Position numbers and translations under genes: made by a program. DNA of 53,751 nt, from assembly GCA_017453485.1 (NCBI GenBank), contig JAFTEW010000038.1, positions 1 to 53,751 of the forward strand. The letters run 5' to 3'. The stretch's first letter is position 1. Every line of letters starts with the position of its first letter. The DNA comes from Alphaproteobacteria bacterium. Lineage in GTDB: Bacteria; Pseudomonadota; Alphaproteobacteria; CAAHEQ01; UBA3637. The notes under the pieces were generated by a model. The model saw nothing but the letters and a program-made list of their open reading frames with translations. It had not been told where the DNA came from and searched no databases. This document shows, piece after piece, positions 21,387 to 32,071 of the stretch.

Positions 21387-21413
21387 AAAAAAATCCCCGG
21401 ATTGTTCCGGGGA
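21387..21413 (-). terminator. Rho-independent terminator of serS operon
   Basis: TCCCCGGA-ttgt-TCCGGGGA stem with U7 on the minus strand. Confidence 0.85.
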
Positions 21414-21429
21414 ATGACTTTGACCGATT

Positions 21430-22722
21430 TTATTTTTTCTTGGGTGTTAAAACGGTTTGTCCGCCCATATAAGGTTGTAAAACCTTTGGAATACGAACTG
21501 TTCCATCGGCTTGTAGGTTATTTTCCAAAAAGGCAATCAACATACGTGGTGGGGCAACCACCGTATTGTTCAACGTATGGGCAAAGTATTTTTTCCCATC
21601 TTTGCCGGCAACCCGAATCTTTAAACGACGGGCTTGCGCATCACCCAAAGTTGAGCAAGAACCGACCTCAAAGTATTTTTTTTGCCGAGGAGACCAGGCT
21701 TCCACATCACAGGATTTAACTTTCAAATCCGCCAAGTCACCCGAACAGCATTCCAATGTCCGAACCGGAATATCCATTGATCGGAACAAATCAACAGTAT
21801 TTTGCCATAATTTATTATACCAGGCCATACTGTCTTCTGGTTTGCAAATGACAATCATTTCCTGCTTTTCAAATTGGTGAATCCGATAGACACCGCGTTC
21901 TTCCAAACCATGAGCACCTTTTTCCTTGCGGAAACACGGCGAATAGCTGGTCAAAGTATAGGGCAGGTTGTCTTCCGGAATAATTTGATCAATAAATTTA
22001 CTGATCATAGAATGCTCGGATGTGCCGATTAAGAACAAGTCTTCTCCTTCAATTTTATACATCATGGCATCCATTTCGGCAAAGCTCATCACCCCTTCTA
22101 CAACCTGGGAACGAATCATAAACGGTGGCACACAATAGGTAAAACCACGTCCGATCATAAAGTCACGGGCATAGGCTAAAACAGCCGAATGTAAACGGGC
22201 AATATCACCCATTAAATAATAAAAACCGTTTCCGGCAACCCGGCGGGCGCTGTCTAAATCTATTCCATTGAAAGATTCCATAATATCAATGTGATAGGGT
22301 ATATCAAAATCCGGAACAATAGGCTCTCCGAAGCGTTCGACTTCTACGTTTTCGGAATCATCTTTTCCGACCGGAACAGAATCATCAATAATGTTCGGAA
22401 TAGTCATCATTCGGGTCCGAATTTCTGATTGTAAAATTTCTTGTTCGCCTTCTAATGCCGTAATTTTTTCACCGATAGCGGTGCTTTCGGCCCGGATGGC
22501 TTCGGCTTCTTCTTTCTTTCCTTGCCCCATTAAGGCCCCGATTTGTTTGGATAATTTTGTACGTTGTGCACGCAAGGATTCAACCTCGGTAATAGCGGCC
22601 CGATTCTTTTTGTCCAAATCAATTACTTCATCCACCAGGACCAATTTTTTGTCCTGGAATTTCTTTTTAATATTTTCTTTAACCAAATCCGGATTTTCCC
22701 GAACTAATTTGATATCAATCAT
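21430..22722 (-). CDS. serS: Serine--tRNA ligase
   Basis: N-terminal coiled-coil arm, LIGTSEH, CFRKEKG, RIHQFEKQE, EVGSCS, HTLNNT. Confidence 0.97.
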   Translation of the reverse strand: MIDIKLVRENPDLVKENIKKKFQDKKLVLVDEVIDLDKKNRAAITEVESLRAQRTKLSKQIGALMGQGKKEEAEAIRAESTAIGEKITALEGEQEILQSEIRTRMMTIPNIIDDSVPVGKDDSENVEVERFGEPIVPDFDIPYHIDIMESFNGIDLDSARRVAGNGFYYLMGDIARLHSAVLAYARDFMIGRGFTYCVPPFMIRSQVVEGVMSFAEMDAMMYKIEGEDLFLIGTSEHSMISKFIDQIIPEDNLPYTLTSYSPCFRKEKGAHGLEERGVYRIHQFEKQEMIVICKPEDSMAWYNKLWQNTVDLFRSMDIPVRTLECCSGDLADLKVKSCDVEAWSPRQKKYFEVGSCSTLGDAQARRLKIRVAGKDGKKYFAHTLNNTVVAPPRMLIAFLENNLQADGTVRIPKVLQPYMGGQTVLTPKKK

Positions 22723-22733
22723 ATTTTTCTCCT

Positions 22734-23384
22734 TTACATAAATAACGATACAATTTTAGCAAATAACGGATAAAGCGTTCCGACAAACCAGCCGATGATA
22801 TTTATCCCAGAAACTTGTGACAGCAATATTACACCAATTAAAATAAAAAATCCATACTTTTCTGTTGATTGATATTTTATCGCGTATCTTAAAGGGAGCA
22901 GAGATACTAAAATGCGTCCACCATCCAGGGGCAAAATCGGCAATAAATTGAAAATACCGATGATTAAAGACAAAGATATTCCGTTTCGTAAATTAGCCAC
23001 CAACCAATCTAAAAACAAACCGTCTGGAAGTGTTTCCAATCCGATGCGACCGATAATGACAAACAATATTGCCAACAACAAGTTTGAAAGTGGTCCAGCC
23101 GCAGCCACCAACCCCATGTCTCGTTTTGGATGATTCAGGCGATTAAAATTAACCGGTACCGGCTTTGCCCAACCGAAAAGGATGGGAGCGTTGCTTAAAA
23201 ATAAAAAGGCAGGAAGTAAAAGGCTACCGATTAAATCAATATGCGGGATGGGATTAAGGGTTAATCGATTGGCCTCTAAAGCAGTCCTATCCCCTAATTT
23301 TAATGCCATAAATCCATGTGCACATTCATGTATAATCATGCATAATAACAATGGGATAATCCATGTTGTTAAAGTATATATCAA
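22734..23384 (-). CDS. Site-2 protease family (M50) membrane metalloprotease
   Basis: HECAH, GWAKPVPVN, AAGPLSN, FNLLPILPLDGGRI. Confidence 0.95.
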   Translation of the reverse strand: MIYTLTTWIIPLLLCMIIHECAHGFMALKLGDRTALEANRLTLNPIPHIDLIGSLLLPAFLFLSNAPILFGWAKPVPVNFNRLNHPKRDMGLVAAAGPLSNLLLAILFVIIGRIGLETLPDGLFLDWLVANLRNGISLSLIIGIFNLLPILPLDGGRILVSLLPLRYAIKYQSTEKYGFFILIGVILLSQVSGINIIGWFVGTLYPLFAKIVSLFM

Positions 23385-24334
23385 ATTAAACTCTCCGCTG
23401 CTTTTAATCGTTTTTGGGATAATGGGGACAGTTTCGTTATACTTGGGAATAAAGCCTCCATATCAGCAAAAATACCATTGCAATGAAGAACGGAATCACA
23501 TCCTGCCATTAGAATTTTGTTGGCAATTTCTGCTGGTGTCCCGAAAGAAGAAAGTGCCCCCATGGTCATATCATCACAAATTAGAAAACCATTGAAACCG
23601 ATTTTATTCCGAATATAATCTATGGCTGTTTTTGAAAGGGTGGCTGGTTTTTCCCTGTCCAACGCCGTGTAAATCACGTGGGCTGTCATTCCCCAAACCG
23701 GCGTATCCACCTGCCTGAATGGATAAAAATCAGTTTTTTCTAAGGTCTTTAAACTAGCCCGAACTGTCGGTAATTTTTGATGCGGGTCAACAATGACACG
23801 TCCGTATCCTGGAAAATGTTTAACAATCGGCATTAACCCGGCAGACAAAGCTGTATCAATGGATATTTGCGCTAATTCGGCCACAATTTCGGGACTGTCC
23901 GAATAACATCGATGAGCCATCACGTTATGATCCCGATGTTGAACATCCAAGCAAGGCCAACAATCGCAATTGATACCTAATTCCAGCAATTCCTTCGCCA
24001 AAGTTTTTGCATGCTTTTTGACGGCACGAATAGCCTTTTTTTTATCATCCAGATATAATTTTCCGAATTCTTCCGCATGGGGCAGTTTTGTCCAATAAGG
24101 CGGTTTTAACCGTTGAACCGTGCCACCTTCCTGGTCAATCAAAACAGGGGCATTTGTGCGTCCGACACATTTTCGAAAATCGACAATTAATTTTTTTAAT
24201 TGCTCGGGATTTTGAATATTTCGTCTGAACAAAATTAACCCAAGCGGATTATACTTTTGAAACAGAGCATACTCTTGTGGTGTTAATTCGGGCCCCTGAC
24301 ATCCGACAATAATGGCCTTGACAGGCGTTTTCAT
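23381..24334 (-). CDS. nagZ: Beta-N-acetylhexosaminidase (GH3)
   Basis: GLILFRRN, IDQEGGTVQRL, KHFPG.G....DPH, MTAHV, DDMTMGAL. Confidence 0.93.
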   Translation of the reverse strand: MKTPVKAIIVGCQGPELTPQEYALFQKYNPLGLILFRRNIQNPEQLKKLIVDFRKCVGRTNAPVLIDQEGGTVQRLKPPYWTKLPHAEEFGKLYLDDKKKAIRAVKKHAKTLAKELLELGINCDCWPCLDVQHRDHNVMAHRCYSDSPEIVAELAQISIDTALSAGLMPIVKHFPGYGRVIVDPHQKLPTVRASLKTLEKTDFYPFRQVDTPVWGMTAHVIYTALDREKPATLSKTAIDYIRNKIGFNGFLICDDMTMGALSSFGTPAEIANKILMAGCDSVLHCNGIFADMEALFPSITKLSPLSQKRLKAAESLI

Positions 24335-25233
24335 TTGTTTGTTCCTCCTTTAACAGGAACACATTCTTGCTTTTTGGCTTTTAATTTAGAGCAGAGGGCT
24401 GCTGCCTGATCCCGTGTTTTAAAGCGCCCAACCTGTAAACGATAAAAAGTTCCTTTACCGGCGATATTAGCCGATACGATTTCATGCGACATATCGGATA
24501 ATAAGGCTTTTTGCTTTTTGGAAATTTCGTTCCATGCTTTTTCGGCGGTTCCTTTTTTGCTTGTCGATAAAAGTTGAACACGCCAAAATTCAACCTCTTT
24601 AGAGGGGTGTTTTTCATTGATTTGAGCCGTTTTTTGATTATTTGAAACGGATTGAACCGTTGCTTTTGGCAATTCGGTTTTTGTTTCCTTTGTCAAAGCA
24701 TCCTTATGTTTTTTTTGAGGATTTATTTCTTCTATGATAAAAGATGTATCGGATTGTTGTGTCGGTATGCTTTCAACGGATTCGGCAACTTCACTCATAA
24801 TTTCAGGTAAAACGGGTTCTTCGGGTTCCGGAAACAGTTTTTCGATTTTCGGTGGTATTTCCCGCGAACGGTTATATATGACTTGCCCGGCTTCAACGGA
24901 TTGGCTATTTTTTTGCTCGTCCGGTTTCACTTTAACGGGGGTAGGTGTTGCTGTGATTGTGATAACATCATCCGGTTGTTTGTCATCGCCGAACAAAAAA
25001 ACAACAGTCAATATGATGACCAAGAGACCTATAAAAGCACTTAAAGCAATTAAATGCCCCTTAAAGGATGAAAATGTTTTTTTATCAAACGATTCATCGG
25101 AAATATCTTCCGTTTTTTCAACGGGTAAATTCGGCAAAGGTTCAGAATTTTCGGTATTATTCGATTCAAACACCGGTTCCTTCCGCTTTATAATATCATC
25201 TGACAATTCTTTAATTTTATCAAATTCATCCAT
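24331..25233 (-). CDS. SPOR-domain membrane protein (FtsN-like)
   Basis: Single TM, P.PVKVKP, disordered linker, C-terminal SPOR (VQL...A...W, KGTFYRLQVG, LC..LK....C); upstream of nagZ. Confidence 0.88.
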   Translation of the reverse strand: MDEFDKIKELSDDIIKRKEPVFESNNTENSEPLPNLPVEKTEDISDESFDKKTFSSFKGHLIALSAFIGLLVIILTVVFLFGDDKQPDDVITITATPTPVKVKPDEQKNSQSVEAGQVIYNRSREIPPKIEKLFPEPEEPVLPEIMSEVAESVESIPTQQSDTSFIIEEINPQKKHKDALTKETKTELPKATVQSVSNNQKTAQINEKHPSKEVEFWRVQLLSTSKKGTAEKAWNEISKKQKALLSDMSHEIVSANIAGKGTFYRLQVGRFKTRDQAAALCSKLKAKKQECVPVKGGTNK

Positions 25234-25369
25234 AATTATATCCTTTCAACACTTACATCATAACATTAGCATTGTTTTATCCCAAAAGGCAAGCCTTTTT
25301 TACCCCGGTTAAAAAAAATCCTAAAAAAACGGCCCCACTTGGAACCGTTTCTTTTGATTCTAAACCTAA

Positions 25370-25825
25370 CTAATCTTCCGTATCATTATCCGAAATGATT
25401 TTATAAGCAGATTCAGGCGTTTTGACTTGTCGTAAGGCCGAAGCAACCGAATCATCCCGAAGTAATCGAGATAACCTGGCCAGAGCTTTTAAGTGATCAG
25501 CCCCGGCTTCTTCCGGAACCAACAGCAGAAAAGCCAAATCAACCGGCTTATCATCTACGGATTCGAAATCAACAGGGGTCGTTTTAATGAAAGCACAAAA
25601 AATATGCTTTAATGTTCCCAGCCGCGTATGCGGCAAAGCAACACCGCGACCGATACCCGTTGTGCCGAGACGCTCCCGCTCAATCAACGCATCCAAAATC
25701 ATGCGCTCATCCATACCGGTTTTTTCCGAAGCCAATTCCGCCAACATTTCCAACAATTGTTTTTTACTGACGGCATCGGCATTACAGATAATCGAATCCG
25801 GTGTTAAAATATCGGTAATTCTCAT
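25370..25825 (-). CDS. ptsN: PTS EIIA-Ntr
   Basis: SKKQLL, RERLGTTGIG.GVALPH, DF.SVD..PVDL, GADHLKALA. Confidence 0.95.
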   Translation of the reverse strand: MRITDILTPDSIICNADAVSKKQLLEMLAELASEKTGMDERMILDALIERERLGTTGIGRGVALPHTRLGTLKHIFCAFIKTTPVDFESVDDKPVDLAFLLLVPEEAGADHLKALARLSRLLRDDSVASALRQVKTPESAYKIISDNDTED

Positions 25826-25837
25826 AGGTGACCTGAC

Positions 25838-26386
25838 TTATTTATTCTTCGGATCAATCCAACCGATATTGCCGTCAGCCCGACGATACACCATATTCAA
25901 TCCGCCATGAGCCGTATTTTTGAACATTAACGCCGTCAAACCTTCTAAATCCATCCGCATAACGGCCTCACTGACCGTACAGACGGGAAGAGCCGTTTGC
26001 ATCTCGGCAATAATAATCGGAGCATCGGCGACTTCTTCTTTATCTTTTTCGGCATCAATGACAGACATATCCACCATTTCAACCTTTTGAGCTTTATGAC
26101 CGACTAACTTGTTCTTATATTTACGGAGTTGTCTGGCGATCTTTGCCACGGCTTCATCCAACGAAGCATAAGCATCAGCCGATGTCCCGTAAGCATTGAT
26201 CACCGTTCCGCTGGCCGGACGAACCATGATATCAGTTTTAATCAATGCGCCATCTTTGGCGACCTTGATATCGGCACTGACCGCTTCTTCAAAATATTTG
26301 GAAACTGCTCCGGTTAATGCTTTATCTGCATAATCACGGAGATTTTCACCTAAATTTATTTGTTGTCCTGTAATAATAATTTGCAT
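25838..26386 (-). CDS. hpf: Ribosome hibernation promoting factor (long HPF/RaiA)
   Basis: MQIIITG start, DAYASLD, RQLRKYK, TVSEAVMRMDL, VYRRADGNIGWIDP. Confidence 0.93.
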   Translation of the reverse strand: MQIIITGQQINLGENLRDYADKALTGAVSKYFEEAVSADIKVAKDGALIKTDIMVRPASGTVINAYGTSADAYASLDEAVAKIARQLRKYKNKLVGHKAQKVEMVDMSVIDAEKDKEEVADAPIIIAEMQTALPVCTVSEAVMRMDLEGLTALMFKNTAHGGLNMVYRRADGNIGWIDPKNK

Positions 26387-26466
26387 TGTTTTATCTTTCT
26401 TGTTAAAATTAACCGAAAATACAAAATGTATCCTAGCGTTTTTTTTTATCATTGTCAAGAGGTGTT

Positions 26467-27543
26467 ATGAAAACTTCCCAAAAACCAATCAGTGTCTATA
26501 TTCATTGGCCGTATTGTTTGTCAAAGTGTCCGTATTGCGATTTTGCCAGTTCGGTTTGCTCGGTCATAGATGAAGATAAATTGTTTCAAGGATATCAAAG
26601 GGATATAAAATTATGGTTGGGCAACCGGCCCGTCGATACAGTATTTTTCGGTGGTGGAACGCCTTCTTTAATGTCACCGAGATTGGTTGATAAAATTTTA
26701 AACCAAATTGGACAATTGACATCTTTTACCGGGAATCCGGAAATAACGATTGAAGCAAATCCTGACGCGATTGATATTTGTAAAATGCGACAGTTTCATA
26801 ATTTAGGTATCAATCGATTATCTGTTGGCGTGCAATCATTGGTCGATTCGGATTTACGCTTTTTGGGACGAAAACATACAGTTAAAAAGGCCTTAACCTG
26901 TGTGCGGGAAGCCCAAACCGTTTTTGACCGAATTAATGTGGATTTAATCTATGCCAGACCAGGCCAAACCCTTCAATCATGGGCAGATGAATTAAAAACG
27001 GCCTTGGACCTGGGATTAACACATTACTCCCTATATCAATTGACAATTGAGGATAATACCGTCTTCGGACGAAAAAAAATCAAACCTTTGTCTGATGATG
27101 CGGCCGCCCGATTATATCAATTAACTGATGAAATAATGAATACGGCTAATCTGCCGGCCTATGAAGTATCCAATTATGCCAAATCGGGAGAGGAATGTCG
27201 TCATAATTTAGCCTATTGGACAGGGGAGGATTATGTCGGAATCGGTCCGGCTGCACATGGAAGGGTGGGATTAAAAGCCATCGGTAATCCGCGGGGTTTA
27301 TCTGAATGGCTTGACAAGGGGCCGACGATTGAAAATCTGACCAATTCACAAAAACAAATGGAACGGTTGTTAATGGGGCTCCGCTTGCGCCAAAAATGGT
27401 ATCCTAAAAATGGTTTGAATTCATCAATTATTAAGCGATTCGTTCAGGATGGTTTTCTGGAAGAAAATAATGTCGGTATCAGACCGACTTTATCCGGAAC
27501 CCTTATTTTAGATAAATTGATATTAGATTTAATGCCGAATTAA
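26467..27543 (+). CDS. hemW: Radical SAM heme chaperone HemW (HemN-like)
   Basis: YIHWPYCLSKCPYCDF, FGGGTPS, EANP, YEVSNYA, HNLAYW. Confidence 0.92.
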   Translation: MKTSQKPISVYIHWPYCLSKCPYCDFASSVCSVIDEDKLFQGYQRDIKLWLGNRPVDTVFFGGGTPSLMSPRLVDKILNQIGQLTSFTGNPEITIEANPDAIDICKMRQFHNLGINRLSVGVQSLVDSDLRFLGRKHTVKKALTCVREAQTVFDRINVDLIYARPGQTLQSWADELKTALDLGLTHYSLYQLTIEDNTVFGRKKIKPLSDDAAARLYQLTDEIMNTANLPAYEVSNYAKSGEECRHNLAYWTGEDYVGIGPAAHGRVGLKAIGNPRGLSEWLDKGPTIENLTNSQKQMERLLMGLRLRQKWYPKNGLNSSIIKRFVQDGFLEENNVGIRPTLSGTLILDKLILDLMPN

Positions 27544-28491
27544 TTATTGGAAAAAATTTAATGCTTCGGTAACGGATGACGAATCACCGACGGAAATGAT
27601 ATTTGCTTCCCCGGTCATTCGACGCACAAGGCCTGCCATTACTTTTCCATTTGCACACTCGATAAAAGTATCAATGCCTTGATTGATGATATAGGTGATG
27701 CTTTCGCGCCACCGAACCGTTCCGGTTATTTGGGCTATCAAATTATTTTTAATAACGGTCGGATCCGTTTCAGGGTGGGCGGTTATATTTGAAACAACAG
27801 GACATTTTGGCGAAGTGATGTTGGCCTTTGTAATCAAGGGGAACATTTGTTCCTGTGCTTTCTGCATAAACGGACAGTGAAAAGCACCCGATACAGCCAA
27901 GGGTATGACTCTTTTAGCCCCTAATTTCTGTGCTTCTTCTTTAACACGTTCCAAGGCTGCCGAATGGCCGCTGACAATAATTTGTCCCGGACAATTGTCA
28001 TTTGCAATAAATGTCTGTTCCGTTGGTGTTGAAGCAAAAGTCAAAACAGTTTGAACTTGTTCAATGCTCAGCCCCAGAATGGCTAACATTCCCCCCGTTT
28101 TTTTCTGCGCCGCATCAGCCATTGCTCGTCCCCGGTGTTGCAGTAAACGGGTCGTTTCGGAAAGGGTGAGTGCTCCCGCTGCACAAAGGGCCGTATATTC
28201 TCCCAAAGAGTGTCCTGCCATCAAAGCAGCCTTCTCGGATATCAGGTATCCCAATTCTTTTTCCAATACCCGAACAACCGCCATACCGACGGCCATAATA
28301 GCCGGTTGGGCATTTTGCGTTTGGGTTAATGTCGCCAAATCGCCTTGAAACATCAAAGTGCTTAAATCTTGGTGTAATGTATCATCTACTTCTTGAAAAA
28401 CGTCTTTGGCAACGGAAAAGTTTTGATACAAATCGAATCCCATTCCAATGGATTGAGAACCTTGCCCGGAAAAAAGAAATGCTGTTTTCAT
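27544..28491 (-). CDS. fabD: Malonyl-CoA:ACP transacylase
   Basis: F.GQGSQ..GMG, AGHSLGEY, VSGAFH, VRW. Confidence 0.96.
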   Translation of the reverse strand: MKTAFLFSGQGSQSIGMGFDLYQNFSVAKDVFQEVDDTLHQDLSTLMFQGDLATLTQTQNAQPAIMAVGMAVVRVLEKELGYLISEKAALMAGHSLGEYTALCAAGALTLSETTRLLQHRGRAMADAAQKKTGGMLAILGLSIEQVQTVLTFASTPTEQTFIANDNCPGQIIVSGHSAALERVKEEAQKLGAKRVIPLAVSGAFHCPFMQKAQEQMFPLITKANITSPKCPVVSNITAHPETDPTVIKNNLIAQITGTVRWRESITYIINQGIDTFIECANGKVMAGLVRRMTGEANIISVGDSSSVTEALNFFQ

Positions 28492-28547
28492 GAAAGAACC
28501 TTTGTTTATTTTTATGCCATTATACATAAATCAAGTCTGAAATCAAG

Positions 28548-30587
28548 TTATTTTAAAACGGCTTTATCAGAAGCCAGCTCTAATTTTTCCAATTCTTTAA
28601 TCTTATCGCGCAAACGGCCGGCTTCTTCAAAATTTAAGGCTTCTGCCTCGGCCAACATTTGTTTCTTTAATCGGGCAATGATATCGGCTACATTTTCAAC
28701 CAAATCAATTTTTAGAGATTTGGAAACGGATGTTTTTTCTTGATCTAACTCGCCGAACTCTTTCATTAAATCAGGTATTTCTTTGCGAATTGTTTTAGGG
28801 GTAATATGATGCGCCGTATTAAATGCCATTTGTTTTTCACGTCGCCGCTTGGTTTCCGTAACAGCGGCCATAATAGATCCTGTCATCTTGTCGGCATACA
28901 AAATGACCCGGCCGTTGGCATTTCGGGCTGCTCGTCCGATTGTTTGGATAAGGGAAGTCGTTGACCGTAAAAAGCCTTCTTTATCCGCATCCAAAATAGC
29001 AACCAATTCTACCTCGGGGATATCCAATCCTTCACGGAGCAGGTTAATACCGACCAACACATCAAATGTGCCTAGACGTAAATCACGAATAATTTGAATC
29101 CGTTCCAAAGTATCAATATCCGAATGCATATATTTTGCTTTGATTTTGTTTTCCAACAAAAATTCGGTTAAATCTTCGGCCATTTTTTTTGTCAGAGTCG
29201 TGACCAATACGCGACCATGTCTTTTGGCAATATCTTGACATTCGGCCATTAAATCTTCAACCTGATTGGCAATCGGGCGAATAATACATTCCGGATCCAA
29301 TAATCCGGTCGGCCGGATAATTTGTTCGGTATAAACACCTTTTGTCTGGTCCATTTCCCAAGGCCCCGGTGTCGCCGATACAAAAATTGTTTTAGGACGC
29401 ATTGCATCCCATTCTTCAAATTTTAACGGTCGATTATCTAAACAACTCGGAAGCCGGAAGCCATATTCTGACAAAGTTGTTTTTCGTGATCTGTCCCCAC
29501 GATACATAGCTCCGATTTGCGGAATGGTCACATGACTTTCATCTACAAACAGTAAAGCGTCTTTCGGTAGGTATTCAAATAGGGTTGGTGGGGCTTCACC
29601 GGGGTTTCGGCCGGTTAAATGCCGTGAATAATTTTCGATTCCCTTACAAGAACCGGTGGCCTCCATCATTTCCAAATCATATTTGGTGCGACTGGCTAAA
29701 CGTTGGGCTTCCAACACTTGCCCGTTAGCCTCGTAAAAGGCCAATCTGTCTTTCAACTCTGCTTTAATAGTCTTGATGGCTTGGGACAGAGCAGGCCTTG
29801 GTGTCACATAGTGGCTTGCCGGGAAAACGATTATTTCATTTAGTACCATTTTTTTTTGCCCGGTGAGTGGATCAAACTCATAAATACTTTCCAGCTCATC
29901 GCCGAAAAAAGATAAACGCCAGGCCAGGTCTTCGTAATGGCTGGGAAAAATATCCAATATATCTCCGTTGCGTCGAAAAGTGCCTCTCTCAAAGGCAATA
30001 TCATTTCGGACATATTGCAATTCGGTCAGCTGACGGGATAGTTCCTGCATATCAACCGTATCACCGGGTCTGAGTTGAAAAGCCATTGATGAATAACTTT
30101 CGGCATCCCCGATACCATAAATGCAGGAAACGGAAGAAACGATAATAACGTCCCGTCGTTCTAAAATATGTCGTGTGGCAGAATGTCGTAATCGATCAAT
30201 TTGTTCGTTAATGGCCGAATCTTTTTCAATATAGGTATCGGTTCGGGGAATATAGGCTTCGGGTTGATAATAATCATAATAGGATACAAAATATTCAACG
30301 GCATTTTCCGGAAAAAAGGCTTTCATTTCGGCATACAGTTGTGCTGCCAATGTTTTATTATGTGCCAAAATCAGGGCAGGGCGCCTGACTGCATTGATGA
30401 TCTGTGCCATGGTAAACGTTTTTCCGGATCCGGTAATACCCAATAGAACCTGATCTTTTCTATTTTCTTCAATACCTTTTATCAATTCGGCAATAGCCTG
30501 TGGCTGATCGCCGGCAGGCTTAAATTCCGAATGCAATTTAAAATCGGCATCCCCCGTTAAATCCGGTTTTTGATAAAGCGGTATCAT
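28548..30587 (-). CDS. uvrB: Excinuclease ABC subunit B
   Basis: [46 protein letters not shown]-terminal UVR domain. Confidence 0.98.
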   Translation of the reverse strand: MIPLYQKPDLTGDADFKLHSEFKPAGDQPQAIAELIKGIEENRKDQVLLGITGSGKTFTMAQIINAVRRPALILAHNKTLAAQLYAEMKAFFPENAVEYFVSYYDYYQPEAYIPRTDTYIEKDSAINEQIDRLRHSATRHILERRDVIIVSSVSCIYGIGDAESYSSMAFQLRPGDTVDMQELSRQLTELQYVRNDIAFERGTFRRNGDILDIFPSHYEDLAWRLSFFGDELESIYEFDPLTGQKKMVLNEIIVFPASHYVTPRPALSQAIKTIKAELKDRLAFYEANGQVLEAQRLASRTKYDLEMMEATGSCKGIENYSRHLTGRNPGEAPPTLFEYLPKDALLFVDESHVTIPQIGAMYRGDRSRKTTLSEYGFRLPSCLDNRPLKFEEWDAMRPKTIFVSATPGPWEMDQTKGVYTEQIIRPTGLLDPECIIRPIANQVEDLMAECQDIAKRHGRVLVTTLTKKMAEDLTEFLLENKIKAKYMHSDIDTLERIQIIRDLRLGTFDVLVGINLLREGLDIPEVELVAILDADKEGFLRSTTSLIQTIGRAARNANGRVILYADKMTGSIMAAVTETKRRREKQMAFNTAHHITPKTIRKEIPDLMKEFGELDQEKTSVSKSLKIDLVENVADIIARLKKQMLAEAEALNFEEAGRLRDKIKELEKLELASDKAVLK

Positions 30588-31663
30588 TTTTTGGCTTTCC
30601 GAGGTTGCGATTTCTTTTTAATTTGTTTATCTTTTTTTAGAGGGATATGGGTCACTTCTTCTTTAAAATCAATCATTCCTTGTTTTAAATCGGAAAAAAG
30701 ATCCCGGAAAGAAGGTCGCGGTGTTCCCCATCGATTAAGTTGATAATATGTTCCGAACAGGGTAAATCCCAGCAAAACAACCACACTGTAATTCATACCT
30801 TTTTCCAAACTCATAAATGCTAAAAGCGAAAGCAATAACAAGATAAAGAATAAATATCTGGATAAACGGGCAGGGGATATATTTTTTTCAATGGCCTTTT
30901 CGATAAAGAATGTTGGGGATATTTGCCCCCGGTGCAACAACGGATACAATCCGAAGGCCCAAATGACCTCACTTAAATCGTAGGAAAAAGCAATGAATGG
31001 GGCCCAAACAAAACCTTGTGTCACAAGGGCTATCCAAATCAACCCGATCATATAACCGGCTATCAGCGAGGCAAAAGAACCTAAGATGCGGAAACCGGTA
31101 AAAATTCTGGTTGTCTCCGTGATGGCAATTATGGCAATGAATATGTAGAATAAGGGCATCAATAATGTTGTCGGTAAAATGCCCATCTTGGTTAAAAGCA
31201 AAATGAAAAAACCTTGGGTTAATAATGTCAGGACTGATAAATACGGTACCCGATCCATTATTGAAAACAGGTTCATAATTCCATACAAAATAAAGCCGCA
31301 AATCAGGTATGCCGGGACAACCCAATAACCGACATCCGGCAAGGGAAAATGCAGAACGCTAAGTAAACAAATAAGGCATAGAAAACATTCGCGGATGAAG
31401 GGATTGTCTACTTTCAACCGACAAAACAAAAGAACACAAGAACAGAGGAAAGAGAATATGAACGGTAATAAAAGTTGATGGGATACAGCGACACCGGATA
31501 AAGCAACAACAGAGATAGCCACAAGTGTCACTCCTCCTATGAAATCAGTCGGTTGTGATAAAGGAAAATGTTTTCGGTAAAAACGGATGAGCGAACTCAT
31601 GACAACCGTTGTTGTGGACAACACCAACAAAGCCCAGACAAAAGTCAAGACAAAACTTAACAT
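30584..31663 (-). CDS. Polytopic membrane protein; probable degenerate WecA/MraY (Glycos_transf_4) homologue
   Basis: About 10-11 TMs; PTDFIGG, NLFSIMD and ILGSFAS...GY occur in the order of PTP..GG, N.FNFMDG and FMGD.GS..LG. Confidence 0.5.
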   Translation of the reverse strand: MLSFVLTFVWALLVLSTTTVVMSSLIRFYRKHFPLSQPTDFIGGVTLVAISVVALSGVAVSHQLLLPFIFSFLCSCVLLFCRLKVDNPFIRECFLCLICLLSVLHFPLPDVGYWVVPAYLICGFILYGIMNLFSIMDRVPYLSVLTLLTQGFFILLLTKMGILPTTLLMPLFYIFIAIIAITETTRIFTGFRILGSFASLIAGYMIGLIWIALVTQGFVWAPFIAFSYDLSEVIWAFGLYPLLHRGQISPTFFIEKAIEKNISPARLSRYLFFILLLLSLLAFMSLEKGMNYSVVVLLGFTLFGTYYQLNRWGTPRPSFRDLFSDLKQGMIDFKEEVTHIPLKKDKQIKKKSQPRKAKK

Positions 31664-31682
31664 CTTTTCCCCTCCTGATTCA

Positions 31683-31904
31683 TTAAGCTTTATGGCGGAA
31701 AGATATGCGTCCCTTTGTTAAATCATAGGGAGTCATTTCAATATCAACTTTATCCCCGACCATGACACGAATCCGAAATTTACGCATTTTACCGGAGGTA
31801 TGTGCCAAAATCTCGTGTCCGTTTTCTAATTTGACACGAAACGTTGCATTCGGCAAGGCTTCAACCACGGTTCCGGTAAATTGTAATACTTCTTCTTTTG
31901 CCAT
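31683..31904 (-). CDS. infA: Translation initiation factor IF-1
   Basis: MAKEE...[32 protein letters not shown]. Confidence 0.98.
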   Translation of the reverse strand: MAKEEVLQFTGTVVEALPNATFRVKLENGHEILAHTSGKMRKFRIRVMVGDKVDIEMTPYDLTKGRISFRHKA

Positions 31905-32071
31905 AAAATCTCCTTAACTTACATTAAAAAACGGAACTATTTTATTCTTTTTTTTCTTTTTTTGCAAGAAAAAAATGCAATCTTTTCGGGGATTTTTCAA
32001 AAAAATGAAAAATTATGTTGCTTTTTTTGAAATTTGTTTTATACTAAAAAGATGTATTGTGAGGTGTTGTT

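Noticed and set aside
24734-25312. 192-aa ORF antisense to the SPOR gene
   Set aside because: Ser-rich shadow frame of a real gene with no motifs; the same applies to other antisense ORFs such as 2679-3128, 4020-4478, 14286-14759, 39423-39917 and 47675-48127
30587-30700. Alphaproteobacterial LexA box (GTTC-N7-GTTC) upstream of uvrB
   Set aside because: None seen; uvrB is overlapped by the upstream gene and appears to be operon-internal
31914-31927. Possible CtrA box upstream of infA
   Set aside because: TTAA half-sites are 6 nt apart rather than 7; similar near-misses at 41377 and 51942 are expected in AT-rich DNA
31930-32040. Long poly-T/poly-A tracts as phase-variation sites
   Set aside because: Such tracts occur in nearly every divergent promoter region here and fit AT-rich promoter elements; there is no evidence of length variation
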